DNA from: a virus
Lineage: Duplodnaviria; Caudoviricetes
DNA length: 64,000 nt
Direction: 5' to 3' (one strand)
Virus record (IMG/VR): IMGVR_UViG_3300032275_000001
Coordinates: 45,995 to 109,994 of that record
Shown here: positions 8,579 to 17,926 of the stretch, one piece after another
Layout of the letters: every line of letters begins with the position of its first letter
Numbering within the stretch: the first letter of the stretch is position 1
The notes under the pieces: model-generated
Databases searched by the model: none
Told to the model about the DNA's origin: nothing
Seen by the model: only the letters and a program-made list of their open reading frames with translations
Made by a program: the position numbers and the translations under genes

Positions 8579-10114
8579 ATGTTAACACCGAGACTAACTA
8601 ATTGTCCTGAATGTGCAGACATTCCTAATTTATTAAAAAGAATAGATTGTAAGTTAGCAGAATATGCTAATGGTCTATACAACAATGTTGTATTTATGTT
8701 GAATCAAGTTGTTCCTGCAAGAGCAATGATTCAACTTTTGGCGTATAAAAGAATCCTTACATACAAACAATGTAATCCAGACTATTTAAGTGATTTCTGT
8801 ATGGATAAGATTGTAAGTAAAGTGATAAGATTAACATTAGGCTGTAATATCAGACCCATTTTTACTCCAACCCCTACAACATCTACAACATCAACATCTA
8901 CTACTTGTCCTCCATATACCACTACCACTACCACTACAACAATATTATATAATTATATTGTACTTAAATGTAATACATCAGAATATTATATTCTTACATA
9001 TGATGGATCTGAATTATTACCACAAGGACTTATAGTAAGTAGTGAAAGTAATGAATGTTGGCAAATAATACAAAGAACTAATGATGTTGGAAGTATGGCA
9101 ATAGTTACACAATTTGGTATGGATGATTGTACAGTTTGTATAGATTCTTTTACTACTACAACTACTACCACCACTTTACCAAATATTCCATGTAATACAA
9201 CTTATAGTTCAGGAGGAAGTGGTGTTACAGAATATAATATACCATTAGATCCTTTAGGAGGAGTAATATTATTTCAATTTAGTGCTAGAAATGTACCTGA
9301 TAAAATTGAAATAATACATGATAATATTAAAAAATCTACATCAGGAATGTTATCAGATGGTAATTCAGGCCCATTTGATGCTTATGGAGAGCCACCAACT
9401 AATTTACCAACTGTTCTTCAAACATATGATATAAATCAATTTATAGGAAAAACTAATTATAATGTAGACCCTCCTATTTTTTATAAAAATATTCAACCTA
9501 TACCAACTAGACAATTAGAACTTTTAGCTGAAACAGGTATTGATTTAACATTAACAGGTAGTTATGAACAATTTGTATGGTGGGTATACACTCCATCAGA
9601 TTATACAATAAACAATAATGTTATTATTAGAATAACAGGTCCTGCAGGCGGTACAACAGGTTGGGATTTACAAAGATTATGTCCTTCACCTACCACTACT
9701 ACAACTACTACTATATGTCAAAGACCAGAAGGTTTAACTAATGGTAATTTAATTTCCTCTTGTCATAATTCAGGAGACCCTGAATGGATTTTCTATAATG
9801 TATCCGTAGAAGATGCTTGTAATGCTTTTAATTATTATAGAGATAATCCTGAAACTGCTGGAACAGGAGTTAATTATTGGGACATGCAATATGATACTTT
9901 AAATATAGACACTTTAGTATATAGATACAATAATGGTACTGATTGTACTTTAATTAATAATGGATATTATTGGTTTCAACCAAACATTAGTGATATAACA
10001 ACATATTTCAAAACTATTAATCAAATAAGTATTGTCACAATAGTAGCTGGATATATTACAGCAATTGACATATGTAATTATATTCCAACAACAACCACAA
10101 CAACAACAATATAA
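8579..10114 (+). CDS. Putative tail hub protein extended by Cys-bounded modules joined by poly-Thr linkers
   Basis: Helical Cys-containing N-terminal ~90 aa, then five Thr-rich tracts separating beta-rich modules. Confidence 0.55.
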   Translation: MLTPRLTNCPECADIPNLLKRIDCKLAEYANGLYNNVVFMLNQVVPARAMIQLLAYKRILTYKQCNPDYLSDFCMDKIVSKVIRLTLGCNIRPIFTPTPTTSTTSTSTTCPPYTTTTTTTTILYNYIVLKCNTSEYYILTYDGSELLPQGLIVSSESNECWQIIQRTNDVGSMAIVTQFGMDDCTVCIDSFTTTTTTTTLPNIPCNTTYSSGGSGVTEYNIPLDPLGGVILFQFSARNVPDKIEIIHDNIKKSTSGMLSDGNSGPFDAYGEPPTNLPTVLQTYDINQFIGKTNYNVDPPIFYKNIQPIPTRQLELLAETGIDLTLTGSYEQFVWWVYTPSDYTINNNVIIRITGPAGGTTGWDLQRLCPSPTTTTTTTICQRPEGLTNGNLISSCHNSGDPEWIFYNVSVEDACNAFNYYRDNPETAGTGVNYWDMQYDTLNIDTLVYRYNNGTDCTLINNGYYWFQPNISDITTYFKTINQISIVTIVAGYITAIDICNYIPTTTTTTTI

Positions 10115-10126
10115 AATAAATATAAT

Positions 10127-11293
10127 ATGTCCAATTGTCAAAATTGTTTTAATGGATGCACCGAAACTATTTCAGATCAGTGTGTCAAATATACAGGAAT
10201 AAATGTTCCTGAATTAGGAATTAGCACTGGTGATCCTTTATCAGTAATTGAACAATCTCTAACAACATTCCTTGTTTCTGCATTAAATGGAACAGGAATA
10301 AAAATAGATCTAAGTGGTATAGATATATGTACATTAGTACAACAATATCTTCCTACATGTGGAGAAATGTCAATAGCAGATATATCAAAAGCTCTTGTGC
10401 AAGCTGTATGTAATATACAAGAACAAATAGATGCTATTGTAGCAGAACTTGCTATATTAAATGCTGATTATACAATTGACTGTTTGACAGAAGTTACAGC
10501 TTCTTCTGATACACATGCTATTGTACAAGCAGTTATAACAAAACTTTGTACTATTGATACTAACTTAACAGAATTAATTACAGAAGTAGATAATCAATAT
10601 GTTAAAAAAACTGAACTTTGCAGTTTAGTTACAGAGTGCATGAGTGGAGAAAGTGGCACAGATTTAGCTAGTGCAAAAATGCTTCCTTATAGTATCATTC
10701 CTTATTATGGACCAGCATCTGGATATCCAACAGTTAGTGATGGATTTAGTTCAACAGGTGCAGGATATGGATATTGGCTTAATGTATATTTATGTAATGG
10801 AGGAAATCCAGGTGTTCCAGATTTGAGAGGAAGAGTAGCTGTAGGTGCTACAGATATGGCAACAGCAACATGGCCTATGAGTGGACAAACACAACCAGGT
10901 GTTAATAATAATCCTACATATGAATACAAAGATCCAGCTACAGGAATACAAGGAAGTAATTTTACTACATTAACATTAGCACAGATACCAGCACATAATC
11001 ATACTACTTCTACAGCTAGTTCTACAGCTATTACCACTATTCCCCCACATACTCATTCTATATTAGGAATAACAGGTGGAGATAATAGTGATAATAATAA
11101 TACTGTAAGATTTGCTGGTGGAGATAAAAATCAAACAGAACCAGGTTTCTTTTTTACAAATATACAAGCTTGTCAATCTGCAACTTTATCTGCTACAACA
11201 ACATTAACAATATTACCACAAGGACAAGGTGAGAAACATTCAAATGTTCAACCAGGACTTGCAGTTTATTATCTTATCTATATCCCAGCATAA
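10127..11293 (+). CDS. Tail fibre with tail-collar domain
   Basis: LCNG...PDLRGRVAVGA...LTLAQIPAHNH...IPPHTH...HSNVQP..AVYYLI collar and HxH motifs; Cys-rich N-terminal anchor. Confidence 0.75.
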   Translation: MSNCQNCFNGCTETISDQCVKYTGINVPELGISTGDPLSVIEQSLTTFLVSALNGTGIKIDLSGIDICTLVQQYLPTCGEMSIADISKALVQAVCNIQEQIDAIVAELAILNADYTIDCLTEVTASSDTHAIVQAVITKLCTIDTNLTELITEVDNQYVKKTELCSLVTECMSGESGTDLASAKMLPYSIIPYYGPASGYPTVSDGFSSTGAGYGYWLNVYLCNGGNPGVPDLRGRVAVGATDMATATWPMSGQTQPGVNNNPTYEYKDPATGIQGSNFTTLTLAQIPAHNHTTSTASSTAITTIPPHTHSILGITGGDNSDNNNTVRFAGGDKNQTEPGFFFTNIQACQSATLSATTTLTILPQGQGEKHSNVQPGLAVYYLIYIPA

Positions 11294-11299
11294 TAATAT

Positions 11300-12304
11300 A
11301 TGTCTTACCCACCTACTCCACAAAGAAAAGCTTGCAACTGTAGTGATCCTTGTATCTCTACAGATGATGTTTACTATGCTGGTCCCAATCTTCCAAACTT
11401 AGGAGTTAATACAAATGACTTACTTACAGAAGTTATAGAGAAGCTAGATGCTATATATGCTGTTCCTACATTACAGAGAGTTACAGAGATGGATAATCTT
11501 ACCACTTTACCAATAATTGCAGATTCATTTGTAAAGATTGGCGGAGATGGAACTAATATTTTATTGGATGATGGTACAGTATTACCTATAGGTGATTTAC
11601 CTTCACCTACAACTCCTCTATCTTTACAACAAGTATTAGATGAAAATAATCAAGCCTTAAATCAAAATATATTATTAGAATATAATGATGGGGTTAATGT
11701 AGTTGCTAGTACTCAAGTATATCCTGGAAATATAAATATAATATCTAATGAATCAGGTTTATATTTAGGTACAGTAGGATACAGTAGTGGATTAAATAAT
11801 TATGAGTTAGGGGCTATACATTTTAGTTCATCTATTAATAGTCAATCTTATTCAAAAACAGTATTATATGAGAATCCAGAATCTGTTGCTAGTAATCCAA
11901 GTGAATCTTTATTATTAAGACTACCAAAACATATTGGTTCAGAAACAAAAACACTAGCTACACTAGATGATATACCTGCAAGATTATATAAAGTGTACAC
12001 AGCTTTGTTATCACAAACTGGACAAGAAGTTCCTGAACCTACAGTATTAGAAAATACATTAGGAGGAATAGTTGTTTGGACTAGAGACAGTGCTGGTAAT
12101 TATATAGGAACTTTAAATGGTGCGTTTCCTGCAGGTAAAACCGTATGCTTTTATACACATGATGGTTTAAATGGTTCTACAGGATATGGCGGTTTATTAA
12201 GAAAGGATTCTAACAGTGTATGGATGACTTTTAATAATGGCACTGGTATCTATATAGATTCAGAAGGGCAATCAGATTCAATAGAAATAAGAGTATATAA
12301 TTAA
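11300..12304 (+). CDS. Putative fibre / receptor-binding protein
   Basis: Shares N-terminal anchor with neighbours; 'PTLQRVT' and 'SLQQVL' repeats; C-terminal 'YKVYTALLSQTG...ENTLG...SIEIRVY' domain. Confidence 0.55.
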   Translation: MSYPPTPQRKACNCSDPCISTDDVYYAGPNLPNLGVNTNDLLTEVIEKLDAIYAVPTLQRVTEMDNLTTLPIIADSFVKIGGDGTNILLDDGTVLPIGDLPSPTTPLSLQQVLDENNQALNQNILLEYNDGVNVVASTQVYPGNINIISNESGLYLGTVGYSSGLNNYELGAIHFSSSINSQSYSKTVLYENPESVASNPSESLLLRLPKHIGSETKTLATLDDIPARLYKVYTALLSQTGQEVPEPTVLENTLGGIVVWTRDSAGNYIGTLNGAFPAGKTVCFYTHDGLNGSTGYGGLLRKDSNSVWMTFNNGTGIYIDSEGQSDSIEIRVYN

Positions 12305-12325
12305 TATAATAAAAACCAAATAATT

Positions 12326-12940
12326 ATGACAGTAATAATAACATTAACAACAGCAGGTGCAGATACAGGACCATTCAATCTATTTTCAGATGCAAATGAA
12401 TATACAATAGCATTTGCTATAGGAGTAACTAAAGCAGAATTAGAAGCAGGTTATCCATCTGATTTAGTTCCTGATGGTACAACAACAATTAAAGTACAAT
12501 CTGTTAATAGTTTATGTAATAATTTTGCAGATTTACCTACAGGTATAACTACAACAACCTCTACTACATTACCTCCAATTAACTCTGTAGAATAGCTTAC
12601 TGGTGATTATCCTCCTATTGCTTATGGTATTTCTCCTGGAGATATAATTAGCTTAAGTGGGACTGTTGAAATAATAGGGGACCCTGTTACTTTTAGAGCT
12701 TACGCATTTTTACCTACAGGACCTGGTGATGGTGCTGTAGATACTAGCATAAGTATAGGTAATATTGATGTGGAAATAACAAGTAGATATGTAGATGCTG
12801 TAACACCATATGATAATGGCATAAATCAATACTCTACTTCATTCACCCTTCCAGCAGGAATATATGATTGGAATGTACTTTGTACATTCTCTAATACAGC
12901 ATCTATAGGAGGAGAAGGTGGCATAGATTGGGTACAATAA
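12326..12940 (+). CDS. Thr-linker virion protein interrupted by one in-frame TAG (89 aa, or 204 aa with read-through)
   Basis: TAG at 12593-12595, then 114 further sense codons in the same frame to TAA at 12938-12940, filling the gap to the next gene. Confidence 0.65.
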
Positions 12941-12957
12941 TATAAAAATAAAACCAA

Positions 12958-14157
12958 ATGACAGTACTATTAACATTAACAACTGCTGGATCTGATACAG
13001 GTTCATTTGATCTATATTCTAATTTAGATTATGCTATTCCTTTTGAAACAGGAGTTGGTAAAGCTACATTAGAAGCAGGGTATTCAACAGAGGTTCCAGA
13101 TGGTGCAACTATTGTTAGAATTACATCTACAGGAGATTGTATTAATTCTGTAGATATAACATTAAGATTAGCTGAATGTGATTTAGATGGATATGTAGAA
13201 CAATTAACCACTACAACAACAACAACTATATGTATTCCCCAAACAATATATGCTGGAGAAACATATTATAAATCAGGAAATACAGCACTAGAGTCTGGAT
13301 TAAGAGTAAATAATTATGCTTCTTTTTATCCTAATGGAACTAAAGTATTTTTTACACAACATAATAATGGTTTAGCAGGAGGAAATCCTACAGGTATATA
13401 TGATCCAATTATATCATATGATTTAGCAACTCCATGGGATGTATCCTCTATCATTAAAACTGGAGAGTTACAGTCTTCTAATTCGCCTAATCAATGGTTT
13501 AGTACTCCAGCAGTTACGTCAAACTTAACAACATCTTATGGATCACCACTTGAAAACTTTACAGCAGGGCATACCTTTTCAGAAGATGGTACTAAATTAT
13601 TTACAGCTGGAAAAGATAAAGGATTGCTACAAAAATATACTTTAGGTACTGCTTGGGATATTACTACAATGATTTTTGATTCTTCTACATTAGAATATGT
13701 AGTAATTACAGGAGATAGTTTAACAGCAGTTAAATTTAGTAGTGATGGTTTAATTATGATATTGCTTGGAAATAGTATTACAGCAAGATATGAATTAGTT
13801 TCTCCTTGGGACATAATTGGTGCAACATTGATATTTACTTCTACTGGTAATTCTAGTGATATTGATTTTCAAAATGGTGGTTTATATTTATTTACATTTA
13901 GTGGATCTAATTTAGTTAGAAAAACTTTAGGAAGTCCATATGATATAACAACTATAATTGAAACTCAAACACTAATTACTACAGTAATTCCTCAAGCAAT
14001 ATCTCCAAGAATAGTATTTAAAGATGGATTTAAAGGATACATAAGTACATTTAATAGTTTAGAACCTAGTATAATTTCTGCATTTGAGTTAACATGTGAG
14101 TTTGATATTAGTGGTACTATTCCAACAACAACTACTACTACAACATTACTACTATAA
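12958..14157 (+). CDS. Thr-linker virion protein with beta-propeller-like repeat domain
   Basis: N-terminal domain paralogous to 12326; repeated 'F..DG.K.F...Y.L.TPWDI' blades; two poly-Thr tracts. Confidence 0.6.
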   Translation: MTVLLTLTTAGSDTGSFDLYSNLDYAIPFETGVGKATLEAGYSTEVPDGATIVRITSTGDCINSVDITLRLAECDLDGYVEQLTTTTTTTICIPQTIYAGETYYKSGNTALESGLRVNNYASFYPNGTKVFFTQHNNGLAGGNPTGIYDPIISYDLATPWDVSSIIKTGELQSSNSPNQWFSTPAVTSNLTTSYGSPLENFTAGHTFSEDGTKLFTAGKDKGLLQKYTLGTAWDITTMIFDSSTLEYVVITGDSLTAVKFSSDGLIMILLGNSITARYELVSPWDIIGATLIFTSTGNSSDIDFQNGGLYLFTFSGSNLVRKTLGSPYDITTIIETQTLITTVIPQAISPRIVFKDGFKGYISTFNSLEPSIISAFELTCEFDISGTIPTTTTTTTLLL

Positions 14158-14188
14158 AAAATCTGAGTTTGTTGGTTTTCTTAGATTT

Positions 14189-14216
14189 CCTCTCAATATA
14201 TTCTTGGGAGGTTTTT
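14189..14216 (+). terminator. Rho-independent terminator
   Basis: CCTCTCAA-TATATTC-TTGGGAGG followed by TTTTT. Confidence 0.65.
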
Positions 14217-14221
14217 GGTTT

Positions 14222-14297
14222 ATAACCTTTTTGATTATAAAGAATAACATATTTGGTTAAATTTATTTGGATAGTATGAAAAGTATTTTTATCTTTA
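14222..14297 (+). promoter_or_regulatory. Promoter with tandem ATAAC-N7-(A/G)TTA(T/A) boxes
   Basis: Boxes at 14222-14238 and 14244-14260, TTTG 14266-14269, TATCTTTA 14290-14297. Confidence 0.6.
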
Positions 14298-14325
14298 CCC
14301 TAATTTTAAGTAAACTAAACTAAAT

Positions 14326-15549
14326 ATGATTGAGAATCAAGATTTATTATTCAAGTTAGAAGAGTTGTTAAAGCAAAAGAAAAGTAAAAAGTTCTATGCA
14401 GAGAGATTAGGGATAAGTGAAAATGAAGTGAATGAACTTTTAAAAGAACTTAGAGAGAAAGATGATTTACCAATTGAACTATCTCCTAGTTATAAAGAAG
14501 AATTACGTAAGGTGAATGTTGAGAAGGGTACAATAGAAAGCACTATCACTAGTGACTTTGATCCAAAGGATGATATTGAATTAGCAGCATTGCACAAAAT
14601 AAATTTAGACAAATACATCATTACCAACTACTGGTCTAAGATGTTACCAAGTGGAAACTTTACATCTTCCATCTTTAGTAAAAGAAAAGAAGCACAAGAC
14701 TACACCCCTGAAGACTTTGCTAAGTTTTTAGAAAACTACAAACCAAACAATATAACTGTTGTTAAACCAAAAACTAATCTCACTAAAGAACATGTAGATG
14801 TAGAGATATCTATTTCTGATTTCCATTTAGCTAAGAAACATGTAGATGGAGATAATGATCCTGGAAGTAGAGCACTCAGATATTTCAATGTAGCACAATC
14901 TTTGATACATAAGGTGAGAGCTAATTACAATATAGACACTGTTATCCTTCCTATATCGAATGATTTCTTCCACACCGATAACTACCAACATCAAACTACA
15001 AATGGTACCCCACAGGACACTATAATAGATTATGCAGATGAATATGAATTAGGCTTTGCAGTTCTTGTAGATACAATCAATATGTTGAGACAGAATGCAA
15101 ATGATGTAAAGGTGGTACTTGTACAAGGTAATCATGACAGAACTAAATCATTCTACTTAGCACATGCACTAGATGTGTATTTCAAAGACTACTTTGATGT
15201 AGATTTTGATAGAGCACACACTACAATAAAAGGACTTACTATTGGTAATACATTCATAGGATGGCACCATGGTAATTGCAAAATAGATGATCTTCCTTTA
15301 TTATTTGCAACACATCCTCAATATAGCCAAGCATTTGGTAATGCTAAATATAGAGAAGTTCATACAGGTGATAAACATCACTATATGGCTAAAGAACTTA
15401 AAGGAGTAAGAATACAACAAATGCCTAGCTTATCTGGAACAGATAGATGGCACCTAGATAATAATTTTGTCCACTCAGTTAGAGCTGCATTAGCTCTTGT
15501 ATATGACCCAATTGTAGGGAAGATCTGTGAGTTCGAAGAAAGAATATAA
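14326..15549 (+). CDS. HTH-fused calcineurin-like metallophosphoesterase
   Basis: N-terminal HTH (AERLGIS); motifs SDFHL, NDFFH, GNHD, WHHG, HTGDKHH. Confidence 0.85.
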   Translation: MIENQDLLFKLEELLKQKKSKKFYAERLGISENEVNELLKELREKDDLPIELSPSYKEELRKVNVEKGTIESTITSDFDPKDDIELAALHKINLDKYIITNYWSKMLPSGNFTSSIFSKRKEAQDYTPEDFAKFLENYKPNNITVVKPKTNLTKEHVDVEISISDFHLAKKHVDGDNDPGSRALRYFNVAQSLIHKVRANYNIDTVILPISNDFFHTDNYQHQTTNGTPQDTIIDYADEYELGFAVLVDTINMLRQNANDVKVVLVQGNHDRTKSFYLAHALDVYFKDYFDVDFDRAHTTIKGLTIGNTFIGWHHGNCKIDDLPLLFATHPQYSQAFGNAKYREVHTGDKHHYMAKELKGVRIQQMPSLSGTDRWHLDNNFVHSVRAALALVYDPIVGKICEFEERI

Positions 15550-15552
15550 ATT

Positions 15553-16281
15553 ATGGCAACATTAAGAAAATTAGTATCAGATGTTAGAAGTGTCCACAAG
15601 ATACTTTCTACAGATTCACTTATAACAGATCGTGCAATTGCATCTGAAATAAGAAACAACTCTTTATTATTAATCAAAAGAGAAACAAATCTTAGAAAGC
15701 TTTGGGCTACTGATACATTGTTTACTACTATTCCTTGTTTGGAGATGATAGAGGTATCTATTTCTGAATGTTGTAACTATGTAGATCCTTGTTCTATAGC
15801 TAGAACTAAATTTAAACTCCCACGTATATCTGAAGGAAACTATCAATATGTTATACAAGGAGTTTATTCTATTAATGCAATGAGTGGAAAAGGAAGAAAG
15901 CTAAAAGAAATTACAGTTAATAGATATATTAATCTATTAAAACTTCCTGTAATTAAAAAAGAAGAATACTTCTGGATATCTAATGGATATTTATATGTAA
16001 GTAATCCACTTCTTAAAGCAATTAGATTTGTAGCTTTCTTTGAAGAAGATGTAGATAATGAAATCATGTATCCAGAATGTGGATGTGGTGCTCCTGAATA
16101 CACAGTGGAACAATTATGTCAAAATCCTTTAGACAAAGAGTTTCCTCTTCCTGGATACTTAGAACAACAAGTCCTTGAGTTAACATCTAAAAAACTACTA
16201 TCTACTTATTTTAGCATACCTCAAGATTTGTCAGTAAATGGTATTGATGGACAAGATCCAAAATCTCCTAATATAAGATAG
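15553..16281 (+). CDS. Putative tail ring protein
   Basis: 242 aa; synteny upstream of HU-like and tail-tube genes; last 22 aa are duplicated in the next ORF. Confidence 0.55.
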   Translation: MATLRKLVSDVRSVHKILSTDSLITDRAIASEIRNNSLLLIKRETNLRKLWATDTLFTTIPCLEMIEVSISECCNYVDPCSIARTKFKLPRISEGNYQYVIQGVYSINAMSGKGRKLKEITVNRYINLLKLPVIKKEEYFWISNGYLYVSNPLLKAIRFVAFFEEDVDNEIMYPECGCGAPEYTVEQLCQNPLDKEFPLPGYLEQQVLELTSKKLLSTYFSIPQDLSVNGIDGQDPKSPNIR

Positions 16282-16282
16282 T

Positions 16283-16501
16283 ATGCAAAATAATCATTTT
16301 ATTAAAGAGTGGGAATCTCTTAGAGACATACATTCTACATTATATATAAATAAAAATTTTAAAAATTTTAAAAAATATATACTTAATGTAATATCTGGAA
16401 AAAGAAAATCTGCATTTTCTTTTAATTGGAAATATATTAAGACAGACATAAGTCAAGAAGGGATAGATGGACAAGCTCCAAATTCAAAATCAACTAATTA
16501 A
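16283..16501 (+). mobile_element. Truncated homing-endonuclease remnant (NUMOD1-like HTH) ending in a copy of the upstream gene's C-terminus
   Basis: FIKEWES...I.NV.SGKRKSAF.F.WKY then IKTDISQEGIDGQAPNSKSTN; no nuclease domain. Confidence 0.7.
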
Positions 16502-16977
16502 TGCGTGTAAAAGTAGACTGGCGATCTTCTAGTAAAGATAATTATAATTTATTTTGTAAAAATCATCCATCTATTAAACTTACATATGATGAATGGAGAA
16601 ACATTATATATACATATAATGAATTCTTCAAAGAATACATATTAGAGACTGGTGAAAAAGCAAGACTACCTTATGGTTTTGGAGAGTTCTCTATCAATAA
16701 GAAGAAAAGAAGAAAGATGAAAGGCATAGATGGAAAAGAGTTTATTAACTTACCTATCGACTGGCAAAAGACTAAAGAGAAAGGAAAGGTTATCTACAAT
16801 TTCAATTATCACACAGAAGGATATTTCTTTGGATGGATGTGGTTTAAACAAGCAGCACGCTTTAAGAATTCTGACCTTTGGTATTTCAAACCTTCAAGAC
16901 TCACATCAAGATTATTATCACATTACTTAAAGACCAACGATAAGTACCAACATATATACCAAGAGTGGAAAAAATAA
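16501..16977 (+). CDS. HU/IHF-like DNA-binding protein
   Basis: 'ILETGEKARLPYGFGEFSI.KKK' HU-type motif; crAss-like synteny. Confidence 0.7.
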   Translation: MRVKVDWRSSSKDNYNLFCKNHPSIKLTYDEWRNIIYTYNEFFKEYILETGEKARLPYGFGEFSINKKKRRKMKGIDGKEFINLPIDWQKTKEKGKVIYNFNYHTEGYFFGWMWFKQAARFKNSDLWYFKPSRLTSRLLSHYLKTNDKYQHIYQEWKK

Positions 16978-16983
16978 TAAATT

Positions 16984-17913
16984 ATGAGCTACTACTATAA
17001 ATATGCTTTCGTAAGTCCAGAACCTGTTTACTCAACTGTTAAAGAAGAGCTGAAAAGCTATTTTGATACCGCTGCTGTAGATGATCTTTTATTTCCTACC
17101 TATTTAGATAAAGCTCTAAAGAAGTTAGGAAGAACAACTTATGTAATCACTGATGAGATTCTTTTTGTTGAAGACTTTCAAGCTAGACTTCCTGATAACT
17201 TTTATGCTGTTAGAGAAGCATGGATGACTACAGAGGTAGCAAACTACCCATATCAATCAGCTAACTCATTCTATTCACAAGCAGCTTCTGAAACAACAAT
17301 ACAAATGTCTCCATTAACTATTGGTGGAACACAATGTAATAATGGAGGATGTCAAGATCCAGGATGTGAGGGAAACTGTATGCCTGTATTAATACAAGCT
17401 GTATATAAGACAAACAATAGTGTAGCTAGAGGATTTACTCATAACTACTTACTTAAGCCTGGAAACATATCTGCAAGAAAGAATTGTGATGTATTTTATA
17501 CAAATAACTTTACTCCTGGTTCTGCTAGTATTGATTCATTTGATATTAGAGATAATAAGTTTGTTACTAATTTTAGAAATGGTGTTGTACATTTAATATT
17601 CTATGCTACAGAGTATGATGAGACAGGGAACCAATTGATTCCAGATAATTATCGTATAAGAGAATATGTAGAAGCATTCCTTAAATTTAAAGTGTTTGAA
17701 ACTCTTACAAATCAAACTGTTGATGAAACATTTAATCAGTTACAACAGAAACTGATGTATCATAAACAAGCTTATGAAGAAGCTTTCATTATGGCAATGA
17801 TAGAAGTTAAGAAGGAAACTGCTTGGGAAAAACAAAGAAAAATCAAAAATGACTTAAATAGATTTAATATGTACGAACTTCCTACTAGTAGATATGGTAG
17901 AAGACGTAACTAA
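16984..17913 (+). CDS. Putative tail tubular / ring protein
   Basis: 309 aa between the HU-like and stabiliser genes; 'ARLPDNF' and 'YDETGNQLIPD' motifs. Confidence 0.65.
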   Translation: MSYYYKYAFVSPEPVYSTVKEELKSYFDTAAVDDLLFPTYLDKALKKLGRTTYVITDEILFVEDFQARLPDNFYAVREAWMTTEVANYPYQSANSFYSQAASETTIQMSPLTIGGTQCNNGGCQDPGCEGNCMPVLIQAVYKTNNSVARGFTHNYLLKPGNISARKNCDVFYTNNFTPGSASIDSFDIRDNKFVTNFRNGVVHLIFYATEYDETGNQLIPDNYRIREYVEAFLKFKVFETLTNQTVDETFNQLQQKLMYHKQAYEEAFIMAMIEVKKETAWEKQRKIKNDLNRFNMYELPTSRYGRRRN

Positions 17914-17926
17914 TTAAAATATCATT

